From positions 1 through 64,000 of the IMG/VR virus record IMGVR_UViG_3300044996_000468: a DNA stretch of 64,000 nucleotides; one strand, 5' to 3'. The notes below the pieces were generated by a model. The model was not told where the DNA came from. It ran no database searches and saw only the letters and a program-made list of their open reading frames with translations. The stretch comes from an uncultured virus (IMG/VR IMGVR_UViG_3300044996_000468) (taxonomy: Duplodnaviria; Heunggongvirae; Uroviricota; Caudoviricetes). The position numbers and the translations under genes are program-made. Positions 1 through 9,880 of this stretch are shown here, one piece after another. Within the stretch, counting starts at the first letter, position 1. Every line of letters starts with the position of its first letter.

Positions 1-48
1 CGCGATGCACTCGAAGCCGTTGAGGGCGGTGGCGTCTACGGCCTTACC

Positions 49-354
49 GTGGAGGCGGCATACGATCACAGACGCGGCGTCGTGCTCGCGTTGCAAGGCG
101 CCCACCTCATCGTTCGTACGTCGACCGGCCAGCTCGAAGACTGGAACGCGACCGGTTGTCACGTCGTCGAGCCTGCACGTCCCGACAAAGCCACGCCGTG
201 GAACGATCCCGCGATCGGGGTGCTGTCTGCTGTTGCCCTGCTCAAACGTTGCCTCGCGTATGGCATCAGCACGCAACACGCCGAGGGCCAGGAAATCGTC
301 GATGACGTGCGAGCGTTTCTGAAGGCCCGCGAGGACGCGCAACCCGTACCATGA
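49..354 (+). CDS. hypothetical protein (may start upstream of window)
   Basis: ORF coupled to next gene by ATGA overlap. Confidence 0.5.
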   Translation: MEAAYDHRRGVVLALQGAHLIVRTSTGQLEDWNATGCHVVEPARPDKATPWNDPAIGVLSAVALLKRCLAYGISTQHAEGQEIVDDVRAFLKAREDAQPVP

Positions 355-758
355 AAGACCCGATGTCCGAAGCTGCCACGAGAGTCACGCAGAAGATCAA
401 GCCGGCGAAGTCTCGCGACTCCGCTGCGAACCTGTCGACGGCGCAACACCCGCCGCAGCTCACGTTCGAACAGCTGACCGATGTCGTCAGTGAGGCGGCG
501 GGTTACAGCAACGGCGCCGACATCACGTTCGTGGCGTCGAGATCGTTGCCTCGCACGGTTCGTGCGACGGTGACGATCCACGGCACCACGACTGTTCTGG
601 CGGCGGGAGGAACCGATCATCGACAAGCGCTCATCGCGCTGTTGACGGTCATCGAGAAACACCATCGGGACTCGCTCCAGTGGCACAAGGAGCGCTGCAC
701 AGGGGCGCGTGCGCTGCTCGACAGGTACGGGCTCTTCTACCAGAAGAGCAACCTGTGA
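351..758 (+). CDS. hypothetical protein
   Basis: Overlapping start/stop codons with both neighbours. Confidence 0.6.
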   Translation: MKDPMSEAATRVTQKIKPAKSRDSAANLSTAQHPPQLTFEQLTDVVSEAAGYSNGADITFVASRSLPRTVRATVTIHGTTTVLAAGGTDHRQALIALLTVIEKHHRDSLQWHKERCTGARALLDRYGLFYQKSNL

Positions 759-958
759 GCACCGAAGAGACTCCAGACGGATGGGTGTTCTACACGCAGG
801 CGAGCCGACTGATCCATCAGTATGGCCGCGACGGCGCGCTCAAGGCCGTCAAGAAGAACGTCAAGAAGGCCGTTAGCGAAGCTCAGGAAGATTTCTGGAT
901 CGCCGTCGGTGATCTGATCGAAGAGACCTGTACCCGAACCAGCGAGGAGCTTGCATGA
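755..958 (+). CDS. hypothetical protein
   Basis: GTGA and ATGA overlaps; GTG start chosen within track ORF 680..958. Confidence 0.55.
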   Translation: MSTEETPDGWVFYTQASRLIHQYGRDGALKAVKKNVKKAVSEAQEDFWIAVGDLIEETCTRTSEELA

Positions 959-1659
959 CCGAACCGAAGAAGACCGAACTGATCGTCGCACTCGACGTTT
1001 CCTCCTACAACGAAGCCGTCGACCTCGTCACCGATCTCGCCAGGATGCAGGAACCTCGCGTCACATGGTTCAAGGTCGGCTTGGAGCTGTTCATCGCTGA
1101 CGGCGATCGCATCGTTCGGACGCTCAAGAACATCGACCACAAGATCATGCTGGATCTCAAGCTGCACGACATCCCGGAGACGGTCGCGCGGGCGACCAAG
1201 AAAGCCGTGGAGCGCGGCGTGGACATGCTGACCGTTCACGCAGCGGGCGGTCCCGAGATGATGGAAGCAGCCGTCAAAGGTGCCAACAACAAGGCTACGA
1301 TCCTCGCCGTGACGGTTCTGACGTCGCTCGACGAGGAGCGCCTCCGACAGCTCGGCATCAACATGACTCCGCGCGAGTGGGCGTTCCGCCTCGCGAACTT
1401 TGCGAGCCTGTCGGGCGTTCCTGGCCTCGTCTGTTCGGCGCATGAAGCTGCCGAACTTCACGACTTCTTCCCGAGCATGTTGCTCGTAACGCCAGGGATT
1501 CGACCGACCGGTAGTGTTGTCGGCGACCAGAAGCGCGTCGCGACGCCAGCTGATGCGCGTGCGGCGGGCGCCGACTTCATCGTTGTCGGTCGGCCAATCC
1601 GCGACGCTCCTGATCGTGCTGCTGCTGCCAAGGCAATCATGGCAGAGTTGACAGGATGA
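955..1659 (+). CDS. pyrF: orotidine-5'-phosphate decarboxylase
   Basis: LIVALD, KVG, DLKLHDIPETV (DxKxxD), VTVLTS, TPGIRP...DQKR, VVGRPI motifs. Confidence 0.95.
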   Translation: MTEPKKTELIVALDVSSYNEAVDLVTDLARMQEPRVTWFKVGLELFIADGDRIVRTLKNIDHKIMLDLKLHDIPETVARATKKAVERGVDMLTVHAAGGPEMMEAAVKGANNKATILAVTVLTSLDEERLRQLGINMTPREWAFRLANFASLSGVPGLVCSAHEAAELHDFFPSMLLVTPGIRPTGSVVGDQKRVATPADARAAGADFIVVGRPIRDAPDRAAAAKAIMAELTG

Positions 1660-1868
1660 ACTGGCACGTCATCAACGTATTTGGAGCCTTTGGACTGTGC
1701 CTACTCGCCTGGCTTCACTGTCGCCGTAACTACCGTGACCAGATCCGCGACCTGAAGGGCTGGCTCGAAACCGAGCGCGATCGTCGCATCGAGGCTGAAG
1801 AACGCGTCGATCGTCTCACCGAAGCGCTCTACAAGCGTCAGCACAAACATATCAGCAAGTGGAACTGA
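1656..1868 (+). CDS. small membrane/coiled-coil hypothetical protein
   Basis: N-terminal hydrophobic helix; ATGA overlap with pyrF. Confidence 0.55.
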   Translation: MNWHVINVFGAFGLCLLAWLHCRRNYRDQIRDLKGWLETERDRRIEAEERVDRLTEALYKRQHKHISKWN

Positions 1869-1871
1869 ACT

Positions 1872-2129
1872 ATGACCGACGAAGACAATCAGACCGGCAA
1901 CCGACCTGCACGCGAAGGCTTCCTGTTCGTGTGCGGCGCATGCGGCAAGACCAGCACATGGCGTTACGGTTTCGCGAGCATCGGACAGTTCAATCTTCTC
2001 AACCCGGAAACACCGGTCGTGACTTCGCCCGGCTGGGATGAGTCGTGCATGCTCAACGCGTCCGAAGTCGAGATCGAGCGGATCGTCTACGAGAACGGTC
2101 GTCTCATCGAGGTTCTACCCATCCAATGA
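1872..2129 (+). CDS. hypothetical protein (CxxC)
   Basis: Operon position; CGAC motif. Confidence 0.55.
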   Translation: MTDEDNQTGNRPAREGFLFVCGACGKTSTWRYGFASIGQFNLLNPETPVVTSPGWDESCMLNASEVEIERIVYENGRLIEVLPIQ

Positions 2130-2348
2130 GGGGAGGCATCGGTCGGCTAGGCGAGTCCTGCGGACGACGGCGCTGCAGCTGTCCACAGTGTTTCATCGCG
2201 GCTCGATGGCGCGGCTGCATCCACACCGCCGAGAACATGCGCAACGACGGTGGTGACGCGGATCGACCGGGACACCCGCTACCGCTCGGACGCGAGAACC
2301 CGGGCTATGTCGCGCTTCTCAAAGCACTTGGTCGATGAGGAGGATCTG

Positions 2349-2831
2349 ATGAGCAGCAAGTCGTACGAAGGCAAGATGTTGATCGTCACGCCGGACATGG
2401 ACAAGGGTTGGATCGTCTTCGCAAACAAGCACGTGATGGACGATATCGACCAGCTGGGATCGCACGCGATCGACGACATCCTCGGGAAAGAGCAGCCGCC
2501 TGAGCCCGGCGTCTGGATCTGGGAGGGCAAGGTCGTTTGGTCGTCACACCAGAGCTTCGAAGGCGACTACGATTGTGACGTCGACTACCGCAACGGCACG
2601 TGGCGTCGGCCGACCGACGAAGAGACTGCCATGCTCGTACGTGGCGAGTCGCCATGGCCGATCCCGCCGGAGAAAGAACCTTGGATCGATCCGAACCACA
2701 AACCGGAGGCACGGAACATGTGCATCTGCTGCAACTGCAACGGTCATCAAGTCCCTATCGGTGACCTGAACAACACCTGTCCGTTTTGCGGACAGACGCA
2801 AGCAGAGATCAACAAGCTGGAGGGACCATGA
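2349..2831 (+). CDS. hypothetical protein with C-terminal Zn-finger-like Cys cluster
   Basis: GAGGAGG RBS before ATG 2349; CICCNC...CPFC. Confidence 0.6.
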   Translation: MSSKSYEGKMLIVTPDMDKGWIVFANKHVMDDIDQLGSHAIDDILGKEQPPEPGVWIWEGKVVWSSHQSFEGDYDCDVDYRNGTWRRPTDEETAMLVRGESPWPIPPEKEPWIDPNHKPEARNMCICCNCNGHQVPIGDLNNTCPFCGQTQAEINKLEGP

Positions 2832-2991
2832 TCTCCGGGTTCCATGCGACGGTCGCAGCGTTCGTCGCGTTCGCGATCGCCTTGTCGCTTTACGCCGTCG
2901 GAGAGCCGTTGCTGCTTGCGGGCGTGTGTTGGTTCACGCTCAGCTGGTTCATCAACGATCTCCTCGACGATCGACTGAAACAGTCGAAGTG

Positions 2992-3327
2992 ATGCCTCCG
3001 ACCCTGGCCTGCTATCTCTTGCGCGAAGACGGTGAGTGGTACGACCTCGGCAACGTCTACCTATGGCGATCAGCCTTCACGACGTTTCCTGGACCGGTAG
3101 ACGGTTCTGTAGTGCTTCGCGGGGCCGAGGACACTCGCGTGCTCGGTCTTCGCCTCGACGGTTACGGTCACGACCAGGTCACATTGAACCGCATTGCGGC
3201 TGATATCGTTCGATGGGGTGATGGCAAGCGGATGCTCTTCGTGACTGAGTTGGACCCTGAAGTAGACCCCGACGTACGACCGTCGCCGATCATGGGCAGC
3301 GTGCGCGAAGCGCTCATGTCGTGCTAG
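2992..3327 (+). CDS. hypothetical protein
   Basis: TGATG overlap with upstream small ORF 2828..2992. Confidence 0.5.
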   Translation: MPPTLACYLLREDGEWYDLGNVYLWRSAFTTFPGPVDGSVVLRGAEDTRVLGLRLDGYGHDQVTLNRIAADIVRWGDGKRMLFVTELDPEVDPDVRPSPIMGSVREALMSC

Positions 3328-3705
3328 GTTCCGCAGCTTCATGCGGGAACTAGTTACTCCAGCGATCGCCACCGAAGCCGACCAGAACGAACTGGAGCTG
3401 CTCGTGCTCGAAATCGTCGAAGGTCAGCTCAACCGCGCACGGCTTGTGTATAGTCGAGAACAAGATGATTGCCGCGATCGAGCTACCAGACAAGCTGTGC
3501 GTGATCCGTTGGGTAGGTCGTGAACGTCTTCACGTAGCCGTAGTAACCGTCTGTGGCACCAAAATGAACGTCGACAGAGGCGTAGTGCAAGTACCGGACT
3601 TCGTTCTCGATGGTCGGCCCGTCATGAGCTTCTCCGACTTCGACGGCCAGGGCCGTCGTCCGCTCAAGATCTGCGAAACCTGCAAGAACGCGATCGCGGC
3701 TGCGA

Positions 3706-4461
3706 TCAAGGGCTGACGCGCGGGTTCAGTAGTCGATCGCGCAGCGCCAGTTGCTTGGCGGCGCGAAGCGCTAGGGCGCTGATGCCGATGACGGCGACGA
3801 GGCCGAGTGTGCCGATGGCCAACTTGGTGTTGGGCGACATGCCTGCGATCGGTGTCGGGGTTGCGGTCGTCAGGACTGCGTTGGCGAGCTGAGGGCCTGC
3901 ATTCGCGGCACCGGCCACGGTGAAATGAACGCCGTCGGAGGTGTGCTCAGCGTCGCGTGTCAGGTTGCGTGCATCGATCGTGTGATCGACACCGAAGACG
4001 TTTTGCATCACCTGCAACAGGGTCGGTGCCCCTTGCGTGTAATGGTCGTTTGTGTACGACGGTGGCCCGATCGCGAAGACCTCTGCTCCCATCGCGCGAT
4101 ACGCATCGCGGATCTTCGTCATCGCGTTCGTAGTTTGTGCAAGCGCGGCAGCCGTCAGGCCTTGATCGATATCGTTCGTACCGAGCATGACGATGACCTT
4201 GCTCGGACGAAACGTACGGTCGCTTGCGAGAAGGCCCGCGCTGTCTTCGTTTGAGAAGAAGCTCTGTGCCGAGCGACCGACGCGCGCATCGATGCGGACA
4301 GCTTGCGCGCCACCGTTGAGCAACTGCTGACCTACGATCTCGCCGGGCGCCGACGACGCCGTAACACGTTTGGCGAGATCGACGATCGTCGGGCCGCTAT
4401 CGCTGCCTGGATGCGACAAGCTGTCGCCGAAGATGATGATGCGTTCACCGACGACGTTCAC
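3706..4461 (-). CDS. SGNH/GDSL hydrolase with C-terminal membrane anchor
   Basis: FGDSL, LGTND, DGVH catalytic blocks; terminal TM LAIGTLGLVAVIGISALALR; GGAGG RBS before GTG 4461. Confidence 0.85.
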   Translation of the reverse strand: MNVVGERIIIFGDSLSHPGSDSGPTIVDLAKRVTASSAPGEIVGQQLLNGGAQAVRIDARVGRSAQSFFSNEDSAGLLASDRTFRPSKVIVMLGTNDIDQGLTAAALAQTTNAMTKIRDAYRAMGAEVFAIGPPSYTNDHYTQGAPTLLQVMQNVFGVDHTIDARNLTRDAEHTSDGVHFTVAGAANAGPQLANAVLTTATPTPIAGMSPNTKLAIGTLGLVAVIGISALALRAAKQLALRDRLLNPRVSP

Positions 4462-5413
4462 GGCGCCTCCCACGCAACACCGCCGTGGTGGCGAACTTTT
4501 TTGCGAGACGGATAGCACCGTAACCAAGGCCGACGAAGCCGCCTACGAGAAGGAGGCCCGCAAGAAACTGTCGACCGCTCGTTTGTGCGGGCTGCCCAGG
4601 TACGTTTGTGCAGATCGGCAGACTGGCGGACCAAACTGGACGCAGGCTTTGCGCAATGATGCCGTTGGCGTCGTAGACCGGATTGCCGAAGACCTTGCGA
4701 GCGCGTTCGATCAGTTGCTGACCTTCGAACGAATTTGCGTCCAAACCAAGCTTTCGAAACTGCGCCGTCTTCCAGTGATCGACACCGGGAATTGGCCCAA
4801 CCCAGTAACTGCCGCCCGACTGCGTGCAACCTGTCCGTTTTTTGCCGAATGCCTCACACAAAACTCGTTCCATCGGAACCGGGAAGAACGCGCGAAACTC
4901 AAGGCCGTCCTGATCGTCGGCGCCGAGGTTGATGTTCTCGCTCTTGCCGCTCATGACGAGATCGGCGAGTAGAGTTGTCAGAACGCTTGGATCGCGACTT
5001 GTTGCTGCGAAGCGGTTGCCGATGTTGCCGTGACCGGGAACGTTGATCTCGCCGTAGAGTTTGGACGGCTGTGTAAACAGGAGCAGGCCGTTGACGTCCG
5101 TCTTGCGGCGCGCGGCCTGGTTGACGGCGACCTCGCCGACGGCGACACGTTCTTCGACGGTGCCGTCACCGACCTCGCTGTGCATATAGCGCGCGAGCGT
5201 ATACGTCAACAGTGTGAGCGGCTTGTCAGCAGGCCAGAAGCCAGATGCTTGGAGCTGTTTCTCCGCGCTCGCACGCATGGCTTCCGGGTCGCAGCGAATC
5301 TCTCCTAGCTCGTCGGTACGACAGCCCGAATTCAGGATTCGAAGATCGGCGGGACCACCGCGCATCGGCGCGAACTTCGGGTGCCACGTCGGGTAGCAAT
5401 CAAGCACGGCCAT
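4445..5413 (-). CDS. SleB/CwlJ-like (Hydrolase_2) cell-wall hydrolase with C-terminal TM and Arg tail
   Basis: TLARYMHSEVG...RVAVGEVAVNQ resembles the SleB LAR..xxE...AV..V..N block; TM then VLRGRRRERRR. Confidence 0.6.
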   Translation of the reverse strand: MAVLDCYPTWHPKFAPMRGGPADLRILNSGCRTDELGEIRCDPEAMRASAEKQLQASGFWPADKPLTLLTYTLARYMHSEVGDGTVEERVAVGEVAVNQAARRKTDVNGLLLFTQPSKLYGEINVPGHGNIGNRFAATSRDPSVLTTLLADLVMSGKSENINLGADDQDGLEFRAFFPVPMERVLCEAFGKKRTGCTQSGGSYWVGPIPGVDHWKTAQFRKLGLDANSFEGQQLIERARKVFGNPVYDANGIIAQSLRPVWSASLPICTNVPGQPAQTSGRQFLAGLLLVGGFVGLGYGAIRLAKKFATTAVLRGRRRERRR

Positions 5414-6098
5414 AGCGCCTCCGTCGACCAAGCGTCATCGCGGCGCCTTTGGCGAAGCGCAGTGCGAGCCAGCTGAGTCCAACGAGTGTACCGAGCGCAG
5501 CGACGCCGACGAAGAAATCGCGTGTCGCGTGGCTTGTCTCTTGAACGGTGACCGCCGTCTGAGGACGATCGCGGAACAGCGGAATGCCGAGTGTCTTCGC
5601 GTTCGCGACCACCGATGCCGAATAACCGTCGACAGGGAGCCACGGCTCGGCGGGGATTCCAACGCCGAAACCGAAATCAGAGAAGAAGCCCGTCGACGGC
5701 TTGCCAACGGCCTGTACGACAGCTGCGGTCAACGATTGCGGCACGAACAGATCGAAGTGGAGATGCGGTCCACCAGAGAGACCCGTCGAGCCTGAAAGGC
5801 CAATCTGTTGGCCCTTGGTGACCGCTTGACCTTGAGAGATCTGTGCTTGCGAAAGGTGCAGGTAGCGCGAGACGACGCCATCGGCGTGTGTGAGCGCGAT
5901 GAAGATGCCAGCATCACTAGAGTCGGTTGGGACGACGCGCGTTGCAACGCCGTCAGCTGCAGCAAGGATCGGTGTCCCGACGGCCAACGGAATGTCAAGC
6001 GCGGGATGAAGTCCGGTCGCGCGCTGCGACCAACCGTCCAGCACTGTCAACGTGACGTTGCTGGGGGCGACGCGACCGAGATCGGGATCGAAAGCCAT
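5400..6098 (-). CDS. M23 metallopeptidase with C-terminal TM and Arg tail
   Basis: HPALD (HxxxD), YLHLS, GPHLHF; TM ending VGLSWLALRFAK; LGRRRRYGRA. Confidence 0.9.
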   Translation of the reverse strand: MAFDPDLGRVAPSNVTLTVLDGWSQRATGLHPALDIPLAVGTPILAAADGVATRVVPTDSSDAGIFIALTHADGVVSRYLHLSQAQISQGQAVTKGQQIGLSGSTGLSGGPHLHFDLFVPQSLTAAVVQAVGKPSTGFFSDFGFGVGIPAEPWLPVDGYSASVVANAKTLGIPLFRDRPQTAVTVQETSHATRDFFVGVAALGTLVGLSWLALRFAKGAAMTLGRRRRYGRA

Positions 6099-6099
6099 T

Positions 6100-6738
6100 T
6101 CATGCTCGACGACGGAAGTACTTGGGCGTGCGGTGGTTGCGACTGAAGCGACGGCGGCCGAATCCTGCCCGATGCTTGGGTTTGCCGAAACCTTGAGCAA
6201 TCGCAATCGTCGGCGTGATGATGGGGAACAAGGCTCCGAAGATACCCCAGACGATCGCCCAGCCCACGCTGTCGTTGCGTTTGTAGCCGTGATAGACGCT
6301 CGCCGCGAACGACGCCGTTGCGAGGACGCTCCAGATTATACGAACGGGCGTTGGTAGTCGCTTGAAGATCGTCGTGATACCGTTCGCCTTGGCAAGTGCC
6401 GCGTTGATCTGATTCGCCTGCGCGCCAAGCTTCACGGCACGCAGAGCGACATCAGAGCGATCACTGGCGTCGGGGATTGTCTGAAGAACCGCAACGGCTT
6501 GATCGAAGTTTTCAGTAGTCCCGAACTGTGTAATCAGGTCCAAAAGTCGTTTCGCGAGCGTATTCTTGTCGTCTTCGGTAAGCGCTCCTAAACCATTGAA
6601 GTGAACATCACCGTCGGGCGGCAGATCCCACGGGACTTTCTGAATGCTTCCGCCCCCGCCGGTGACGAAGACCGTCTCGTGCGGATGGACGGGGTAGAGG
6701 GTCTCGATACCAAGGGGCGTCGACACGGCGGCGAGCAT
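6100..6738 (-). CDS. membrane protein with two C-terminal TM helices and polybasic tail
   Basis: Hydrophobic helices IIWSVLATASFAASVY and WAIVWGIFGALFPII; internal NGLG; tail AGFGRRRF...RRRA. Confidence 0.75.
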   Translation of the reverse strand: MLAAVSTPLGIETLYPVHPHETVFVTGGGGSIQKVPWDLPPDGDVHFNGLGALTEDDKNTLAKRLLDLITQFGTTENFDQAVAVLQTIPDASDRSDVALRAVKLGAQANQINAALAKANGITTIFKRLPTPVRIIWSVLATASFAASVYHGYKRNDSVGWAIVWGIFGALFPIITPTIAIAQGFGKPKHRAGFGRRRFSRNHRTPKYFRRRA

Positions 6739-6771
6739 GTTGCCTCAATCCTACACCGGAAACAGCACCTT

Positions 6772-6787
6772 GATCGCGCGAACGATC
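6772..6787. promoter_or_regulatory. palindromic motif GATCG-N6-CGATC, copy 1
   Basis: GATCGCGCGAACGATC between divergent genes. Confidence 0.55.
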
Positions 6788-6805
6788 GCGCAGTAAGGTC
6801 CCGCG

Positions 6806-7060
6806 ATGCCACGAGGTAAGAAGCCGGACACCGACGAAGCGTGGGGATTCTACGGCGGTCCGCCGCACGAAGAGGGACGTTCGGCGCGAGCGCTCGCCGA
6901 GCTGGTTCGCAACACGAAGCTACGCACGCTGCACGACATGTCCGAACGTGAGATCCGTGCGCTGGAACGCTTCTACGGCTGTCCTGTGATCAGACCGGCT
7001 AGACTGCCGAAATCGTCGCGTCAACGCAACCGCGCTGTCCTCGCGGCTCTCGTAGCTTGA
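6806..7060 (+). CDS. hypothetical protein
   Basis: ORF divergent from 6100..6738. Confidence 0.5.
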   Translation: MPRGKKPDTDEAWGFYGGPPHEEGRSARALAELVRNTKLRTLHDMSEREIRALERFYGCPVIRPARLPKSSRQRNRAVLAALVA

Positions 7061-7468
7061 ACTAGACGCGGGCTGTCGCGTCGTAGCTCGCGGGCCATTG
7101 CGTGATCACCGCGTCGCTCGGCACCACGCGCGAGTGCTTCGATGACTCGTGCGTGGAGTCGATCGGCCGAGGGGCTCGGCAAACGCAGCTGCAAAAAGAT
7201 CGTCGATCGTGGGGTCGGACGGGACTGTTTGGGAGGCATACCTGACGTATCGAGCGTCTCAGGGATGGGTCAGGATCTACTTGATCTAGGCCCCAGAACC
7301 GGCTAGATCCTCGAAAATACGCTCAAATTCGCCCTAGGAAATCGCATACTTACAAGTTACTCTCGACAAGTCTGAATAAACTGGTGATCTGAGGCGTCGT
7401 TCCTGGCAGAGTTGCCAAGTAGCTCTCGCTATTTTAATCCACGGCGATTCGCCGCTTCGGAGGATACC

Positions 7469-7915
7469 ATGTCGGCAGGGCAGATTACGGACGGCGCGCA
7501 GGCACGCAAGTTCATCTTGGGCGGTAACGCGCGGGTGACCCTCGTCTCCCAAAGGACGGGCACACGGTTCACGTTCCGTGTCAAGGCGAAGGACATCCCC
7601 AAGGCGGGCGCGCCCGAGGCCCCGTGGTTTGTCTCGCTGCTGCGCGGCCCGGAGAACACCACGGACTACACGTTTCTGGGGACGATCTTCGAGGACCAGA
7701 CCACATACCGTCACGGGCGTAAGTCGACCGTCTCGGACGGGGCGCCGAGCGCCAAGGGCTGGGCGTGGGCCTGGTCCTTCCTGGCGAAGGGCGAACTGCC
7801 GCCGGGCTGCGAAGTCTGGCACGAGGGCCGGTGCGGCCGGTGCGGTCGGGCACTCACGGTGCCCGAGTCGATCGAGGCGGGTCTGGGTCCCGAGTGCGCC
7901 ACGGCGGGGTTCTAG
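7469..7915 (+). CDS. DUF6011-like Zn-finger protein
   Basis: C-terminal CGRCGRALTVPESIEAGLGPEC; GGAGG RBS. Confidence 0.8.
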   Translation: MSAGQITDGAQARKFILGGNARVTLVSQRTGTRFTFRVKAKDIPKAGAPEAPWFVSLLRGPENTTDYTFLGTIFEDQTTYRHGRKSTVSDGAPSAKGWAWAWSFLAKGELPPGCEVWHEGRCGRCGRALTVPESIEAGLGPECATAGF

Positions 7916-8079
7916 TCATGTCCAAGCCCAAGTCCAACAAGAAGTGCACGTGCGAGGGCAAGCTGCTCCCTGCACGGCTCAGTCTAGCACCGCCCTCGAT
8001 GATCACTGCCTTCTTCAAGAAGCGCGCGAAGCAGAACAAGCGTCGCGCCGAGCTTCGTCGTCAGAAGGGACGCTAAGCC

Positions 8080-8445
8080 GTGAAGTACTCAGTCCGCTAC
8101 GTTCACAAGGTCACGCAGACGTGCAGCTGCAAGCACGTCGAGGGAAGCCACTACAGCTACGTCGCCGATGCGAAGGCGCCGAACGGTCTGCAATGGACCC
8201 GCGGCAAGTGCACCGTGCGTGACTGTCGTTGTGAGGGCTACGAGCCCGACGTCGAGCACCACGATCTGCCAGACGGCGTGCCGGGCGATCGCAACGCGGT
8301 TACCAAGATCCTGTGCGAGCACCGGCTGCTCAGCGGTGGCCAGAAGCTGCAGGAAGTCCGTCGCAACAACGCCGGCCAGGTCGTGTGCTTCCTCAAGAAC
8401 AGCACGTTTCACTCGATCATCCTCACCCGCTCGAAGGGAGCCTGA
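8080..8445 (+). CDS. Cys-rich hypothetical protein
   Basis: CSCKH...H...CTVRDCRC. Confidence 0.55.
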   Translation: MKYSVRYVHKVTQTCSCKHVEGSHYSYVADAKAPNGLQWTRGKCTVRDCRCEGYEPDVEHHDLPDGVPGDRNAVTKILCEHRLLSGGQKLQEVRRNNAGQVVCFLKNSTFHSIILTRSKGA

Positions 8446-8447
8446 AC

Positions 8448-9641
8448 ATGAAGATCACGTCTTTCACGCTCGGCGGCGCGTTCGGCATCGACGCGATTCC
8501 GGTCTACATCACGTGCACTGTCGACGCCGATCGGCTCGATGCGTTCAAGATCACCGGTGTATCGCCGGTGCGCGCCAAGGAAATCGAGGTGCGTGTTCGT
8601 TCTGCGATCACGTCAGTCGGGCTGTGCGCGTGGCCAGTCGGTCAGGTGACGGTCGATGTCGATACCCGAGGCGCCAAGTTCCCTTCGGCAGCGCTCGATC
8701 TGCCGGTTGCTTGTGCGATCGCGGGCGTGAACGTCGACGGACTGCTCGTCGCGGGCGAGCTTGGACTCGACGGGCGCACGCGTCCCGTGCGCGGCATCGT
8801 GCAGGCGACGCTCCTCGCCAAGAGCCTCGGGCTGCGCGGCGTGCTGATTCCTGCCGACAACGAACGTGACGCGAAGGAAACGATCGGCGATGCGATCGAC
8901 GTCTATGTGCTCTCGCATCTCGTCGACTTGAACGGCGACATCGACGTTCTGAAGCTCGAATACACGGTGCGAACGTCGCGCACGAGGGCGACGTGTGACT
9001 TCTCCGAAGTCCGTGGACAGTCGGATGCGGTCTTGGCAATTGCAAACGCAGTCCGCACGCGCAGCAACGTGCTCCTGTCAGGACCGCCGGGCGTCGGAAA
9101 GACCATGATCGCGCGCCGGATCCCAACGGTGCTCTCCGCGATGACCAAGGACGAACAGATCGACGTGACGGAAGCCTACAGCGCGGTCGGCATGTCCGAC
9201 GGGCTCGTGACCGAGCGTCCGTTTCGCGCTCCGCACCATACGGTCTCGGTTTCTGCCTTGACGGGCGGCGGGATCGCGCCGCGTCCGGGCGAGGTTCAAC
9301 TCGCAACCCACGGCGTGCTGTTCCTCGACGAAGTCGACCAGTTCTCGCGCGGCGCGATCGATGGTCTGGTCTCGACGCTGAATGCGATGCCGGTGGCGTC
9401 GCGGCCCCTCGTGGTCGCAGCTGCGAACCCCTGCCCGTGCGGCTGGCACGGTTCGACGGTGCGTCCCTGTGCGTGTTCCCCGGGGTCGATCAAGCGGCAC
9501 GAGACGCGGGTCAACGAAGTGGCCGGGAAGTTGCGCCTGACGGTTCGTGTGGAGCTGCAGCATGTGGATCTCGCCCAGCTTCGTACGGCGCCGGTCGGCG
9601 AGTCGAGCGCGACGATTGCCGCCCGAATCGCCGGCTGCTAG
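8448..9641 (+). CDS. ComM/YifB (Mg-chelatase-like AAA+) homolog, C-terminally truncated
   Basis: GELGLDG..RPVRG, GPPGVGKT, RPFRAPHHT, GVLFLDE, NPCPCG; lacks the LLDRID segment and C-terminal domain. Confidence 0.85.
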   Translation: MKITSFTLGGAFGIDAIPVYITCTVDADRLDAFKITGVSPVRAKEIEVRVRSAITSVGLCAWPVGQVTVDVDTRGAKFPSAALDLPVACAIAGVNVDGLLVAGELGLDGRTRPVRGIVQATLLAKSLGLRGVLIPADNERDAKETIGDAIDVYVLSHLVDLNGDIDVLKLEYTVRTSRTRATCDFSEVRGQSDAVLAIANAVRTRSNVLLSGPPGVGKTMIARRIPTVLSAMTKDEQIDVTEAYSAVGMSDGLVTERPFRAPHHTVSVSALTGGGIAPRPGEVQLATHGVLFLDEVDQFSRGAIDGLVSTLNAMPVASRPLVVAAANPCPCGWHGSTVRPCACSPGSIKRHETRVNEVAGKLRLTVRVELQHVDLAQLRTAPVGESSATIAARIAGC

Positions 9642-9880
9642 ATTTACTCTCGCTTTGTTGAATAAGATGCCTTCCTCAGGCGTCTACTGTCATGAAAGAC
9701 AGAAGAATGAGCGACGAGAACAACGACAAAGCTCCCTGGGCAGACGACGTGTGGCGTGCCATCTGGGCCCGAATCACGACGCGGCGTGAATGGCGTCGAA
9801 AGCGTAACGAGCGTCGCGTACAGCGTCGCCTTTGCGCGTTTGCTGAACCCTTCAAAGCTGAAGGGAAAGGATAGAAATCG

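Noticed and set aside
7240..7468. Sigma54 promoter or attachment site in the AT-richer intergenic region
   Set aside because: TGGCAGAGTTGC has the wrong GG-to-GC spacing for sigma54. No partner att repeat or integrase was found, so it is probably just a promoter region.
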